A stretch of 64,000 nucleotides of DNA from Rhizodiscina lignyota (lineage: Eukaryota): NCBI GenBank assembly GCA_010015805.1, contig ML978132.1, positions 744,001 to 808,000 of the forward strand, in the 5' to 3' direction. Under the pieces are notes generated by a model that had not been told where the DNA came from, made no database searches, and saw only the letters and a list, made by a program, of their open reading frames with translations. Below are positions 1-13,599 of the stretch, piece after piece. The translations under genes and the position numbers were made by a program. Each line of letters begins with the position of its first letter. Within the stretch, counting starts at the first letter, position 1.

Positions 1-799
1 GCAGCAGAGGAAGTTCCACTGCTTCACGAACCTCCTGAATCTGAGCCTCCAAGCCACCAATATCTGCGTACGACTCTGTAGGTGCCTTATCTAGCTTCAT
101 GACCGAGACCAGTGGATCCGACTCCTCCGTCAACACACCGACCACCGACACAGACTTGTGATGCAGCAGAATGCTCGCGCCCGGCTCGAGAAGGTCCTTG
201 TCGACGAAAGACATGATTGAGACGTAATACTCCGGTCCAGTCGCGCTTGAGACAATGGCGTGATCGTCATCAATCATCTCCTCGAGGTTGCCAACGCCCA
301 TCGGGCTTCCTCTCATGTCGTCAACTCGGCTCCTCTCGTCCGCATTCCGATCGATTGCATCAGAGTCACCTCCAGCACTCGCTGGTGTCGGCGCACTTGC
401 CGCCTTCGCCTTGCGGATCTGCTCCTGGTTCTCAACGTATTCCTCCTCAAGCAGCAAGTGGTCATGTATTCTCTGCATTCGAAGGTATCGGAGCTTGCAT
501 CGCGCGGTGGGGTAGACGACAGGTAGTTTGGCAGCAGCGTTGGGACCAGCGGCTCTGCGCTTCTTGCGACCGATACGTGTCGTCGGCTGTGGTGGCGGCT
601 CGTACTTGGGCTTGTCTTTCTGTGACGGTGTCAGATACTGAGAATGATACAAACCTTCCGGCCTTGATTTATACCTTTTGGTCTTTCTTGTTATCATCTT
701 TCCCGGCGCCAGGAGGACCACCTCCGGGCATAGACTGGTTTGCACCCTGCGATGTGATTAGAAAAGCTATGGCTTTGCTACACAGAGTCCACGTACCAT
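1..799 (-). CDS. RPT2: 26S proteasome regulatory AAA-ATPase subunit Rpt2 (S4), 5' part; runs off the window
   Basis: Spliced minus-strand reading: ATG-only exon 799-797, exon 746-675, exon 619-1. Gives [10 protein letters not shown]...[22 protein letters not shown]...[16 protein letters not shown]...[33 protein letters not shown], the characteristic Rpt2 N-terminus. Introns are GTACGT..CAG and GTATAA..CAG. Confidence 0.96.
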
Positions 800-1004
800 G
801 ATAGCAACCGCTGACTTTACTTGCTTTGACGGCTGAGCAGTTTATTCTGGGCGTTACAGAGGATACGAAGGATGGCCAGAGGTCTCACGCAGCTGTAGAA
901 TGATGTTTGTGGTTGTGGTGAGAGTTCGGAGGTTGAAGCTTGACGCGCGCTCCCAGAGCTTTGATAAGTAAGCGCGCCTCACGGCCCTGGCCCTGGCTGC
1001 GGCA

Positions 1005-1222
1005 AGCTCCGAAGGCGTTAATGGTTCTTGGCATGGATATACCTGACCATCGACGACCTTCGAGCCTGCTCCATTCACCTCTCGACACGTCTGCCTGCTA
1101 CATCGGACTGTCAAAGGCATCCTGCTCTCCTCTTCCACACTAGACATCACTTGAACCTCCAACAACTTGCATCTCCACAGCTTAGTAGCGTCCGAACAGC
1201 TGCCGCTTGCCCCCACGGAGCT
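1005..1222. promoter_or_regulatory. Two GGAGCT motifs (1005-1010 reverse, 1217-1222 forward) in the divergent RPT2/UBC1 promoter; candidate proteasome-regulon (Rpn4-type) sites
   Basis: Motifs read directly. GGAGCT is recalled as the motif enriched upstream of proteasome genes in euascomycetes. A 6-mer can occur by chance. Confidence 0.4.
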
Positions 1223-1448
1223 CGACAGCCTCACAAGGCTGCTCTGAGTTCGTGTGACTGTTGGCCCTGCTGCCTCGCAACGTCAATTAGATCCGACTGC
1301 CGAGCACTGCCTCGCTCACTACTTCCTCACCAAACCTTCTGCCTCTTTGTGCTGGGACGGACAGGTCTTTGTCTTGTCTCATTCACCGCCGCTAAACCAC
1401 GCATACCGACATCACGAGCCTCCGCGATTTCACCCATCGAACTCCACC

Positions 1449-2302
1449 ATGAGCTCTAACCGTGCTCGTCGTATTGCTAAGGAGATTGCGGACATCAAGG
1501 CTGATACTCACTCGAAGATATCTGTCGAGCCGGTGAAGGATGATGATCTCACGCATCTCCGCGGCCAGTTCATGGGGCCACCAGATACGCCATATGAAGG
1601 TGGCACTTATTTCGTCGATATCAAGATTCCGAGCGAATACCCCTTCCGACCTCCAGTAATGAAGTTCGAGACTAAGCTCTGGCATCCCAATGTCTCTAGT
1701 CAAACGGTAATATGCTATTTAGTTCGTGTCAGTTGTTGTCCTATGGCTAATTGGAGATGGTTAGGGTGCGATCTGCCTTGACACCCTTTCCTCCCAATGG
1801 TCCCCTGTTCTCACCATCAAGTCCGCTCTTATCTCTCTACAGTCCCTCCTCTCTACCCCCGAGCCAAAAGACCCACAGGACGCTGAAGTCGCTGGTATGT
1901 TGATTCGTAATCCGGCGGAGTTTGAGCATGTGGCACGTGATTGGGCTGTCAAGTATGCTGGTGCGCCAAAGAAGGAGAGTGGCGAAGGTAGTGGCGGTGC
2001 GACAGCGGAGAGCATCAAGAAGAAGCAACAGAAGGATAGGGAACGGGTAGAGAAGGACAGGCTTGCTGCGTAAGTTTTCCATACGTTTTGCTATATCTTT
2101 GATCACAGGTCGGTAATGTTCTTGCAGCTATCACGGTTACAGCAAAGACCTCATAGACCGCTTCGTCGACATGGGCTTCGACGTTCCTGCTGTGGTTGCC
2201 GCGTTCGAATACGTCGGCATTGATAAGATGGACGGCCAAGACTACGAGCTGGAAGAGGCGTACATGGGAGACATCACTGCTCGTCTTTTCAACGAGGCGT
2301 AA
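1449..2302 (+). CDS. UBC1: Ubiquitin-conjugating enzyme E2, Ubc1/E2-25K type with C-terminal UBA-like domain
   Basis: Exons 1449-1706, 1765-2069, 2128-2302. Contains [27 protein letters not shown] (active-site Cys), [12 protein letters not shown] and a UBA-like tail [20 protein letters not shown]. Confidence 0.95.
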
Positions 2303-3911
2303 CTTGCGGGATTAAGAGCTAGCGCGGACTTCTGCTCTTGGAGTTGTTCCGGCGGATATGCATGTCATGGCGAGAATAAGGATTATTACGAATTTGCGGG
2401 TACAGCCAGGCGTTAGAATTTGGGGAACTGGGAACGGCAAAGATGACGGTCACTTTAACTGTCCCTGAAAATGGTCCATAAGCCGAGGACGCGCAGGTTA
2501 CTGGCAGTAGATTTAGGTGTGAAAGCTTTCTCAGGCAACTCCACTCGTCCAATGAATTCTTCCTCCGACTTTTTGATGTCTTTTCAGAGAAATGCGTCCA
2601 TCCCCAACTCCGGCTATAGCCTCAAGCACGCTACGAGTCTAAGTTAACGCCCGAATGTTACACATGCATGTGACTGACAATTGGCAGGAACCGCCCGCAA
2701 ACTGGGTAGAATGTCTTTTTTCACAGCACTCTGTGACGGTATCTTCTGTTTGCTCGAGCCGCGCCTGAAGCTTGACAAGCATGCCCCGTGATTGTCCATT
2801 TGACGTTGTCCACAGCCAGCTGGCAGAGTTGAAGATACCTGAGACCATTTTTATACTCCTTCTTGATCGCGATTGATTCATCTGCGATTGATTCTGAGAA
2901 TATATTTCTAAAATCTGTATCAACTTCTGCTAGTCCGGCAGTGCCGGTGGCTCGTGGAATCACATATTATCGTTGCCTTTGCATATATACACTTAATTCT
3001 AACAGAAGGCACCACACACCATGAGCTCTGCTCTCCAAGCGTTTGCCGGAGCAGAGCAACGTTGCTGAGACATGCACTAATTGGCGCCTCAATTCCCCCG
3101 TTTTTGTCATAGGCGTGACTTACGCTCCCGTCGTAGGCGCCACTGCTCCTTTACTCTCTTCGTAGAGGTGAAGGTCGCTCTCGCGAAACTGCGGACAGCT
3201 TGGATGTGTCCATCGTTCAGAGCTTTGGAGCATCGACTGAAGATTCATTCCGGGGTCAATTGGGGACCAATTTCAGGAGGGTCCTCAGCCTCTGCTCTTG
3301 AAGGTGCGTACGTTCGATCGTCGGATCTGTGAACCACAGGTTCCATCACGAACCCTCAGATGCTCGGAGGGAGCTCTCGACGACGTGGACTCTTCTACAT
3401 TTTGTCGAGCTCGTCCCCGTGCTCACGTTGAGAGCACTTCGGCAATTGGGAAGGTGTGTCATTTCTGTATTCACGTCTCAATCGCATGCGGAACCTCGTC
3501 CGCCTCCAACGGACTATGCGTATACACTTCCAACGGAGCGCCCCTACAGACAACGCTAGTCTTAGCTGCGTTCAAACCTCACGTATACACCTCTGTGTAC
3601 ATAATAAACAACGCTAACGGTCTAGCCCAGTGAGGTCTCAATCACGCGGCGGATTTCACGTCTGCTTCCTACAAGCTACGCGTGTATGATTCCATGGTGA
3701 AATGCGCGTATTCACAATGCTAATGAAACACAATTCAGACAATCAAACCCCTCCACTTTGAGGCTCTCTCTTCTCTTCTCCTTCCTCCACCTCACAGGTT
3801 TCAACCATCATCTGAAATCTATACACAATCTTCTCCATCAACCATTTCATACCTTCTTTTCCCTTACCCGGGCCCCTTTTATCTCTCCAACCTATCTCGA
3901 AGACAATCATC

Positions 3912-6900
3912 ATGGCGAAGAAGTTCTCCCGTCCGCAGATTCGAGCCACTGCTCGCAAGGCTAAGGAGAAGATTAAGAACCTCTTCCAGCTCAACAAGAA
4001 GGACCCGAGGGCTAGCATTCTTGCAACCCCTGAGGAGAATGAGGAGTATCTGAACCAGCACCGTAAGTTTAGCACTTCAGAAGCATGACAATTGATTGTG
4101 TATTTTCTGTTAGCATTTTGAACAGAAGCAGTTGCTAACGATAATGGGTAGTCTCTTGTTTCGGTGCTCTACCTGTCGAGGATGAACATGATCTGCCTAT
4201 TCAAACACAACACGCGCCCACCACCACCACTTCAAACATTGAAGCTGCACAACACGATCTAGCAACACAGATCGCCAAACACTTCGGTGGTGTTGTTGAT
4301 TGGTCTTCCGTCAATGCTGCTCATCAGAACAACGGTGTTGATGCTCAGCAAGTGGAGGTTGATCCCACGTTGAAGGAGTTCGTGGAGGAACAGAATATCG
4401 TAAGTTCGATTGCTAGTTTGTTCCGCATATGATAGATCTGCTGATAAATATCCGCAGCTGAATATCCTCGACTCCTACAAGGCTATCTATGAGCCTGAGA
4501 ATGCTGCCAATGCTGGTAGCGATGTCTCGTCTGGTGAAGATGTCAAAGAGGAGGTCTTTGAGTTTGAGGAAACTTCAACAACCCGCATCGATGCTGACAT
4601 TCCGATTGTCGAGAATGCCAACGACATAGACGCCAGTAACGTCGAAAACACTGGTTTGGACAATGTCGAAAACACTTACCTGGACTCCTTCGAGAATACC
4701 CCCTCAGGTATCGTTGACAACACTGCTCTAGTCCCCCCGACGACTCGGATAACCCCTCACTCTACTGCGCCAGCCTCGAACCAAGCGAAAACTGTGTTGC
4801 TCGGGAAGTCCAAACGAACCCGCTCGAGCAAGCTCCCACGACCCTTGCAGTCCGTCTCAGATTCCGCTCCGTCTTCATTTCGATCGCTGTCAGAAGCCGG
4901 AATTTCATCGCTCGTCGCTGTATTCAAGTCTGTTCCGGTTGTGGGTGCTGTTCTGAACTCTGTCAAAAAGAACATTGCCAGCACTCCTGAGCCTCGAACT
5001 CCTCCTGTTACCAAGCACAACATCACCCGTACTCACAAGCATTGGAAGCAACATACCACGAAGGACGATAGCTCCAATAGCAAGTATCGGGGCTTTCTTG
5101 AACCTCCACAGCTGTCATTTCGCAACGAACACCCCACTTCGAAGTCTGATCTGTACAATCGGATTGAGACCTTGAAGGAGACTCATGCAAATGAGCTGGC
5201 AAAGATCAACGTACAGCACAACGAGGAGCGGGATAGGATCGAAGCTCTACAGCACCGGAACGCCGAGCTAGTCAACAAGAATTCACTTCTTGAATACCGC
5301 ATCAGAAAGCTTGCCAGCACCAGTCCACCGACTGTCCAGGAGCAATCTTCCCCAGAGACTACTGCAAATTGTTTTGTGAAATCGGATGACCATGGCTCGC
5401 TTCCTCAGGATCCTCAAGAGCAAGCTCACATTTCTCGGACCAACCAGGCTCGTGAGAAGCTGGGACATGAGATCTTATTGAATCATCTCACGGCCTCCAT
5501 CTGCAATTCATCCGAACCACCTATTCTGTACGACATCGCGAATCTTACCCCGTATATGCGCCCTGGGGAGCAGATCGGTTTGGATCGATATGTTGAAGAA
5601 AAGGAGCAAGATCTGGTCACGCCAAAGGTCGAGCAACTTGAAGCTGACGGCATCGCCGTTTTCGATTTCGGTAATGGCCCAGCAGAGCAAGCAACTGTCA
5701 ATGGATTGGATACAGACATGCTCGAAGTAGCTCCTTCCAACGCCACCGAATCTCCTGAATCAAAGCACTCTTGGACTTCATCTCAGGGCCAAGCAAATTC
5801 CTTATCGACACGCAAGACTACTCCTCCCACGCATGGCATCAAAGGCCCTGGAGATCCTGAATATGACGCACTCTATCTGGAATGGCTCACGGATAAGATG
5901 ACAGATCTTACCGGAAGGAATTGGGAGCTTTCATATAAGACCCAGAAGTACGAGGCGATGATCCAGCATCGAGATGTGCAGTTCCAGGAACTGAATCAAT
6001 ATGCTGATTCTCTGGAGGCCGAATGTAAGGTGCTGAAAGAAGACCTGGAGACTCGAGACGCTGGACTTGCGCGGGTGAATCCGGATTCTTCAGCTCAAGA
6101 GAAAATATACCGCGACTCCCTCCGTCGTCTACGTTGCCAAATTGAACTCCTCGAGCAATCTCCCAACGTCAAAATAACCAAGCCTTATTTGGACGCCGTT
6201 CGCGAGGATATCGCGACGAAGGTCGAAGCGCAGTACGAGCAGCTCTTTTCCAAGGCGTGCGCCAATCTTGATGCGGAGTACGATGAGGATGTCCGACGTT
6301 TGGACCAGTATGAGCAGAGCTGGAAACATCAGCTTGAGATCCTCAAGACTGAGAAGAATCTGCTCGAGTCACAACTGCGTGGCCTGGGGATAGAGCCTCT
6401 CACCAACAATCCTGAGCTGCTTCGGTCGACGACACCGACTGATCCTCCACCAGCTCACCTGGAGGTGGTAGCTGAGTCTTCGGATATGGCCCTTCAGCGC
6501 GCACTGAAAGAGCAGGAGATAAAGCCTGTCGTTCAAACCAGCGAGGCCGACGTAATCCCAGAATCTGCTGGCAATGGAGAACATGGTCAAGGTGAGAACC
6601 ATGTTAATGAGCATGCCACTGAGGCTATTGACGCAATGCCGGAAGAGCACAATGGCGAAGTCGGTAGTGCTGGGCCTGAGGATGCTGAACCTGAGGATGC
6701 TGAGCTTGGGGGCGACCTCTCTGAGATTGACAATTACGACTCTGACCACGATAAGGCTGAGAGCGCAGAGTCTGACGACGACCAGCCTGGTAGCCCTAGT
6801 AGCGGCGAGCCTCATCGCGATGGCAGCTCTTCCGAGCCTGAGCATGGCAACAATGGAGACGATATGACTCCGGACTCTCCTGTTACAGAACCGGACTCTG

Positions 6901-9071
6901 AGCCTGATATGGGCCCTGTCTCCGAAGAGGTTCACAAATTGAAGAAGCAGCATGAGCAGACTCTTGAAGACCTCGAGGTCAAGTATTGGGGCCAGATCTA
7001 CCATCTCAAGGACGAAATCGCTGACCTGGAGGATGAAAAGGAGATCGACGAGAACCGTATTAAGGAGCTAGAGAATCGACTTGCGGAGGCCGAGAACCAA
7101 AAGAAGCAGGCGAAGAAAGAGCATGACGATGCTCTTGACAAGCAGGATTGCGAGCTATCGGGCGAGATCTACGACCTCAAGGACAGGGTGAATGACCTTC
7201 TGATCGAGAAGGAATGTGACGAAGGTACCGTGGTGAAGTATGAAGCGCGCATTGCGACTTTAGAACAAAACGGCACATTCACCCGCCTGCGAGAGAAGCT
7301 CAAGGCCTCGAACAACGCCAACAAGATTCTCCTCGACGAGATTAAGGAACTGAAGCTCAAAGCCGAGAATATGCGCGAGCAAAACATCTCCTTGACCGTG
7401 GCCAACCAGAAGTACGCCGACCCGCATGCTGCTGACCGTGTTAAAACCTTGCAGCTGGCTGCCTTCGACTTTAATGCAGCTGCAGCCAATGTCGCGAAGC
7501 ACATGTCTTTTCCTGATGGCAATTGGGCAAATGTCAGCACTGTTATCTCCATGGAATACTTGCAACTGTGGCAGCAAGTGTCCCCGATTCTTTTCCCGGG
7601 CGCAAATAAACAGCAATCCAATACCATGTATGGGCAAGGAAGTTACTTGCATCTCGATGCCCGTCAAAAGCTGATGGTCCAGACCTTTGTCAAGCTCAGT
7701 AAAGAGCTCTTTGACGTGACCGTCCAACACTCTGCAACGATGCTTTCATCGATGGAGATTGCGAAGAAGACGTGGGAAGAGCAGCACAAGTACGCACAGC
7801 GAGACATCTACGAAGCCAAAATGAACAATGAGAAGTTGAAGCTTCAGATCAAGACCTTCGAGGCCGACAGCAAGCGACAGCAAAGAGAGATCAACGGTCT
7901 CCGAGACCGCCATAACGAGATGGCGCAGGCTCTTTACGACGCTCAGCAATACGTCAAGTTCGGCGAGAACAAGATAACGCAGCTTGAGAGCCTCAATGAG
8001 GTTGCCTCGAACCGCATCACTACCTTGGATGATCTGTCGAAAGCCCAGACGGGCATGATCGATTCGCTCTCGGCTGATCTCTTGAAACGCACAGCTGATG
8101 CAGGCTGGGACGAGGAACCGCAGAAGGTTATGCAGATCATCCTCACCGCCCAGACCGATTTGACGGATAACATCCGCAACCTGCTCAATGACACGCACTC
8201 TGAAAGCTCCGTCAATACCATCCAGAGCTTGATATTCGATGTGAAAGAAGAGTCTAGGTGGCGGGAGCAGGCACTTGAAGCTGAGGTAGTAATCAAGAAG
8301 AAAGACAACCTCATCAAAGCTCTCAACTACGAAATCGAGCAGTTGGAAGACCACATCAGCGAGTGCATCCTCTCTGTGAATTCGGCAGAGAAGAAAGCGA
8401 AAAATCTCGAGTTCCAAAATGTCCGCTACAAGAAGCTCTATGATTGGGTCAAAAAGTTCGAGACGACCACCATATCAGAGGACTGGCTGGCAAATTGGAA
8501 ATCAATGACGTTCACCTATCAAGAGCAAATCGACGAAGCCACTAGGCTTACTGGCGTCGTCACGCAATTGAATGAGTCCATCAAACAGTGGAGCGAAAAC
8601 CAAAAGACGCAGGACGACTGGATTGCGAAGATTCACAGCAACGCTCAAGCAGATCGCATCGAGCGCCAGCAACAAGCTCGAATCGCCGATCGTTTGATGC
8701 AGGAACTGGTCAATAAGTGCGGCTATGGTACGGAGGACGTCAACACAATTGCAAAGCAAGTGCTGGATGAGATGGACGAAGAGAAGCTGTTGCCGCTGAC
8801 GGAGGCTGTGGACTTTAACGGCCAACCTTCCATGAACGCTTCTTATATGTCTATGGTCAAGCGTGGTGCTCAGGAGCAGGGCGGCTGGGATGCCAGGAAC
8901 GACTTCGCTCGCAAGGCGCGGCACTACATTGCAGATGCTGGAGATGAGGCCACCGAGAACGAGACTGCGGATCCTCTCGCGCAAATGACCAAGGATGAGT
9001 TGCGAGAACTCCAGGAAGACCTCGCATTCCAGCAACAGCGACAGCTTCAAGCCATGGAAGGTGCAGAGTAG
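3912..9071 (+). CDS. Large (~1670 aa) uncharacterised coiled-coil protein with acidic central region
   Basis: Exons 3912-4062, 4152-4399, 4458-9071 joined in frame by GTAAGT..AG introns with branch sites. The last exon is a 4.6-kb open frame rich in E/K/Q/L heptads. No family recognised. Confidence 0.85.
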
Positions 9072-10627
9072 TAGAACGGTATGGGTATTGTATCAGCCTT
9101 GAGTTAACTTGTTGAAGCGAACGGCCAGGCATCTAGGATACAAATCAGCAGGAACAAGATGGCGAAGTGGAAGATTCTGGTATGAAAATATTCTGAGGAA
9201 GTTCGGATTTTTTGGGGGAATGCGATAACTTTCAGAATCTACCGGCATTTTGTTATATTCGCGCTTGTTTATGATGCTGTTCCTATCTTTGTCTTGGGTT
9301 GGTTTGTTTAGTCGATTTGAGATACCCCAAAATCCAGTACCAGGGTATCTATAGAGAAGAAGATAAGGCACACTAAGCTTGTCATCAAATTGTCCGACTT
9401 CTATCCTCCCGTCTGACAGAACTTCGAATGTCTCTACAAGCTGTACCCGCTCTTGCAGACTCGGCCGGGTCGTTCGGCAGGCCTGTTCATGCGCTGCGAG
9501 CCTACCGGACACCTCGTGAACACGTAGTAACTTGGCTCTGGTCCGCAATGCAGCGGAAGACGTCCGAATGCGGCAGTGACAGCTGGATTGTGGGCGGATT
9601 GTGGTGGTGGAGCGCGACGATCGCGGTGCCAGCCTTTCGCCTGCGCCCAATCTCACTCCACCCGCTGCCGATCTCAGCTCCACTTCTCTCATCTACGCGA
9701 TTCGACATCATTGCTACTCCTTCCATCCATCACAAGACTTCGTATTTCACGCGATCTTCAACACTAAAACTTTAAGCATCAAGTAACTGGCCTGTAGATG
9801 CTATTATAAGCACCATACCTCGTGGTCGCGTCGCTCCGCCGCCGAAGCTCATCCATACGATTGTCGTCCTCTATCCACCATCTCCCCGGGCGGAGGAGCC
9901 GGGCCTAGTTCTGACTACATGTCAGTCGGTCGCCCTGTTTTTCATGTTTTCCTCTCTTTGGTGCTTCCCTATCCTTCGTCTCACCGGACGAAAGATGCTT
10001 CCACAAGTGGATTCCGTCGAATCGCTGACGTCCAGCAACAGGCCCCGCTCCTTCACTCCGTGGCGAATTTGCATCAATACGAGCAAATGACGTTTTCCAA
10101 GAGTTCATTTAATTCACTATTCTACAGCGCGCGCTGCGACTATTGTATCTCCATCACCGTCTGACCCTTCCTGAGCTGATCGCTGATCACATTGTCTGCT
10201 TGTCCGTCTCCACCTGCTTCCCAAGTCGGGCTAGAGTTGTGCCTAATTCACTACAGCTGTTATTCAATCTGCTCAGGAAATAGCTAAGCGCAGGGCATAA
10301 GCCCATGCTTCCAATATGTTTCCTGCATGATTCGGCATCGTGGCGTCGCGCATTACACCCTTTTTGGAATTTTGCGATCAGCGAGCCAGCTTTACTACAC
10401 ATTAAGACGTGCTGCACAAATCTGCCTTGTCAGGACGATCGCCAGAACTACCCATGACGATTCTTTGCATTCTTTCCTTGTTGGTGGCATTCCCGGAGGG
10501 AATTAGCGGTTATTGGCGGTGACTTTCAAGCAACACGCAGCATGCCACTATATACCCCCCTGACGCACTCTAATTTTTGGAGTTTCTTTTCCTACTTTGC
10601 ACTTTTCAAGGTACCTTAAAACTCATA

Positions 10628-11648
10628 ATGTTCCATTCCTGGGTTCCGTTTCTCTTCCTGTGCGGCTTCGTCGCCGCCGCGCCACTGACAGAGAGCCTAT
10701 TAGATGCAAGAGCTTCGGACACCAAGTACTTGTTCTTCTTGTATGTTTTGTGTAATGCCCCAGATCTGACGATCGTCTCGCTAAATCTCAATCAGTGGCG
10801 ACTCCTATACAAAGCTGGGCTTCTCGTTTTCTTCGAACTTACCATCGGCGGCGAACCCCATCGGTAACCCTGCCTTCCCGGCGACTTCTTCTTCCGGGGG
10901 GGAGAACTGGGTCGAGTTCCTGACGGCCACGTATAACCGGAGCTTAACACTCACATACGACATTGCCGTCGGTGGTGCTACAGTCGAATCAAGCCTCATT
11001 CCCCCTGCTGTCGAAACCGTCGACCTCGGCGGTCAGCTCAGCACATGGGAGAAGGATGCCGAGCAACACGAACGCACTGGAGCATGGGATGCCGACAACT
11101 CTTTGTTCCTCCTCTGGTTCGCCGTCAACGATGTGAACCAGGGCTTCAACCTTACCTCCGACCAAGACAGTCTGTACGAGCAGGATATGACTATATACTT
11201 CGACCACGCCATTTCCCTGTACGACCGAGGAGCTAAAAATTTCGTCTTCCTGAACTGCCCACGTAAGCTATTGGACTGCGCCTGGACTGCCAACTTGAAT
11301 TACTAACAGAATGCATCAGCAATCCATCGAAGCCCTGTGGTCCGGGGTTATCCCTCCTCAGACAGATCTGAGGAAGAAGCTGCGGAAACAGTGTTCAACA
11401 GCAAGCTTCAGGACTACGTGCAGAGGTTCCGCGAAAGCCACAATGTTAATGCTCATCTCGTCGACACTGTTGGTCCATTCAATGAGGCACTCAACAATCC
11501 CAAGAAGTACGGTGCTCCGGATGCCACATGTGCTAACACAGATGGTACAAGCTGTCTCTGGTTCGACCATCTGCACCCTGGAGTTGCGATTCAGAAACTT
11601 GTTGCAGAGAAGGTTGCTTCGGACGTTACGACCTTTTTCACAACGTGA
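10628..11648 (+). CDS. Secreted SGNH/GDSL esterase (carbohydrate esterase family 16-like acetylesterase)
   Basis: Exons 10628-10740, 10796-11262, 11320-11648. Signal peptide MFHSWVPFLFLCGFVAAAP, block I FFGDSY across intron 1, block II AVGGATV, block III WFAVND, block V WFDHLHP. Confidence 0.88.
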
Positions 11649-12086
11649 TGATTGCTCTGATGCAAAACAGCCGCGTTATCTGCTGCTACGGCCTTATGAG
11701 ATGTAAATAATTACAATTGCATTCCGATGATGTTCAAACAAGGATTACACTAAATATTTTCCTTTTTATCAACTTCCAGTCCAGGGTGAATTCACGTGAC
11801 CATATTAGGTCTTACAATTTCCGAGATCGGCATCGCTTGAATCCTTCTTCGAACTTCAACCGTATAAAATATTTTCTGGAACTCGATCCAAGGATAAAAG
11901 AGCGCAGAAAGCTTTGCTCCTTTGCGTAAATGAGAGTGGCTATGGACTTGCACTCATCACGCTTTGGACTAGGGATTCGGTGACGCGCCACCTTGGAATT
12001 TAATCTTTACATTTACCCAAGGAGACAAACATTCATTCCAGCAGCTCAGGCGTTACAGAAGCTAGGGTGCAACTAACTCTCACTTC

Positions 12087-13223
12087 TCAAAGCCTACTGA
12101 CAAAGCCATGCAGGTCGCTAATGGTCGAGAATCTGATTTCGGGCAAGCTTTGCCTTAATAGCTCTGGAGCACCATGCGTCATGCCCAAGTTGATTTTCCC
12201 GACTGCAGGCACGCCGGCACGGTTCAACTTGCGTGCAAATGCCAGACCTTCATCTCGCAATGGGTCCAGCTCATCAACCACGACTGTATGTGGCGGAGAG
12301 CCCTCCAAGTCTTCCTCCGTCGCATGATACGGCCACGCGAGTGGATTAGTACGATGCTTATCCTCCGGATCGTATGCCTTGACCATCAGGTCCATCGACG
12401 GCACGGAAAGGAAGTATCCATCGAACTCGAGCAAGCTCGGAAGCTCTGCAGCCAATTTCTCTCGCGACCAGCTGTACGCACCGGAAATGAACGGACAAAG
12501 CGCATACACTCCGTCGATCAGATTCCCCTTGCCATCCTGTTTTAACTTCAGTCCGGTGGCAATGCTCAAATTACCACCACCAGACTCTCCTTGGATGACT
12601 AGCTTCGAGATTCCGAGCTCAGACTTGTGGTTTGCGACCCATTCAACAGCGGCGACACAATCGTTCAGGCCAGCCGGGAAAGGTACAAGCTTGTGCGCCT
12701 GTGCATCGTACGCATTCCGAAAGTCGACCATCACGACGACCATTCCGTCACCGGATGTTGCAATATCGTGGCACCACGCCCGATGAAGCTTATTGTCCGT
12801 TGGTACGACGACCATTCCACCGCCGTGGGTGTAAACCAACCCTGGAAGCTCTCCCTTCGCGCCATCAGGCTTGAAGATATATAGCTTCATGTCTTGGCCA
12901 TCTCCTCCTTTGATCGTCTTGACTTCCACTGTCGACCTGCGCTTTTCGTCCCCCGGCAGTTCTGTCGGTAAAGCCTCGTACATTGCATCAACGTAGCCAT
13001 CGTTTGCGGCTTTGCAGAAGCCCAGAAGCTCAGCCTCAGAGCACGAGCGATCCAATAGTACTGGTACTCGTTTGTCCGCTAATCCGAACGGCTTGAGAGC
13101 GGCTATCATGGTTTGGTTTGCTCGAGGATCAGTCAGGAGCTCCATTGTTGGATCGCCGAACACCCCGCTGGGCTTGGGTATCTCCGCCGTGGCAGAGTCT
13201 CGTCTCACGGATGGAATAGACAT
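12087..13223 (-). CDS. Alpha/beta-hydrolase, HSL (abhydrolase_3) family esterase/lipase, ending in the PTS1 tripeptide SRL
   Basis: Intronless 378-aa ORF with HGGG oxyanion motif, GESGG nucleophile elbow, ELDPLRDEG acid region, MTHG His and C-terminal ...FVSRL. Confidence 0.92.
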   Translation of the reverse strand: MSIPSVRRDSATAEIPKPSGVFGDPTMELLTDPRANQTMIAALKPFGLADKRVPVLLDRSCSEAELLGFCKAANDGYVDAMYEALPTELPGDEKRRSTVEVKTIKGGDGQDMKLYIFKPDGAKGELPGLVYTHGGGMVVVPTDNKLHRAWCHDIATSGDGMVVVMVDFRNAYDAQAHKLVPFPAGLNDCVAAVEWVANHKSELGISKLVIQGESGGGNLSIATGLKLKQDGKGNLIDGVYALCPFISGAYSWSREKLAAELPSLLEFDGYFLSVPSMDLMVKAYDPEDKHRTNPLAWPYHATEEDLEGSPPHTVVVDELDPLRDEGLAFARKLNRAGVPAVGKINLGMTHGAPELLRQSLPEIRFSTISDLHGFVSRL

Positions 13224-13599
13224 TTTGGAGAAATATCTGTCTGCGCGCTAGATCGTTTGTTTGCTAAGTTGGAGATGGAATGATTCAAGACAAGAGGAAG
13301 TAGAGTCCAACCACTTCGCTTTAAGGAACACTCTGATACCGCAAGGGCAGAGGTGGAAAGAGTTCAAATAAGTCCGTTGCATCGCTATAATGGCTTCGGA
13401 CGACATACTGGCCGTTACCAAATTCCAAACCTCGAGCTCGAACTGTGCCGAGCTTCATTTCTTGTCGGCTGGATAACTTGCCCGCTTCACCTTCAGCTGC
13501 CCCGCCAGATAACGCCACCGCTTGCCCCTCAGTTTTTGTCCCGCTCGCCAAGTATCATAGCCCAAAAATGAGGCTCGTTGTCTAGCCTCAGACCAGAAT

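Noticed and set aside
217..801. 194-aa plus-strand ORF
   Set aside because: Antisense shadow of RPT2, with no protein-like features.
2319..3633. Several 75-110 aa ORFs between UBC1 and the coiled-coil gene
   Set aside because: No recognisable motif or coherent exon chain. Could be a relic, but this cannot be supported from sequence alone.
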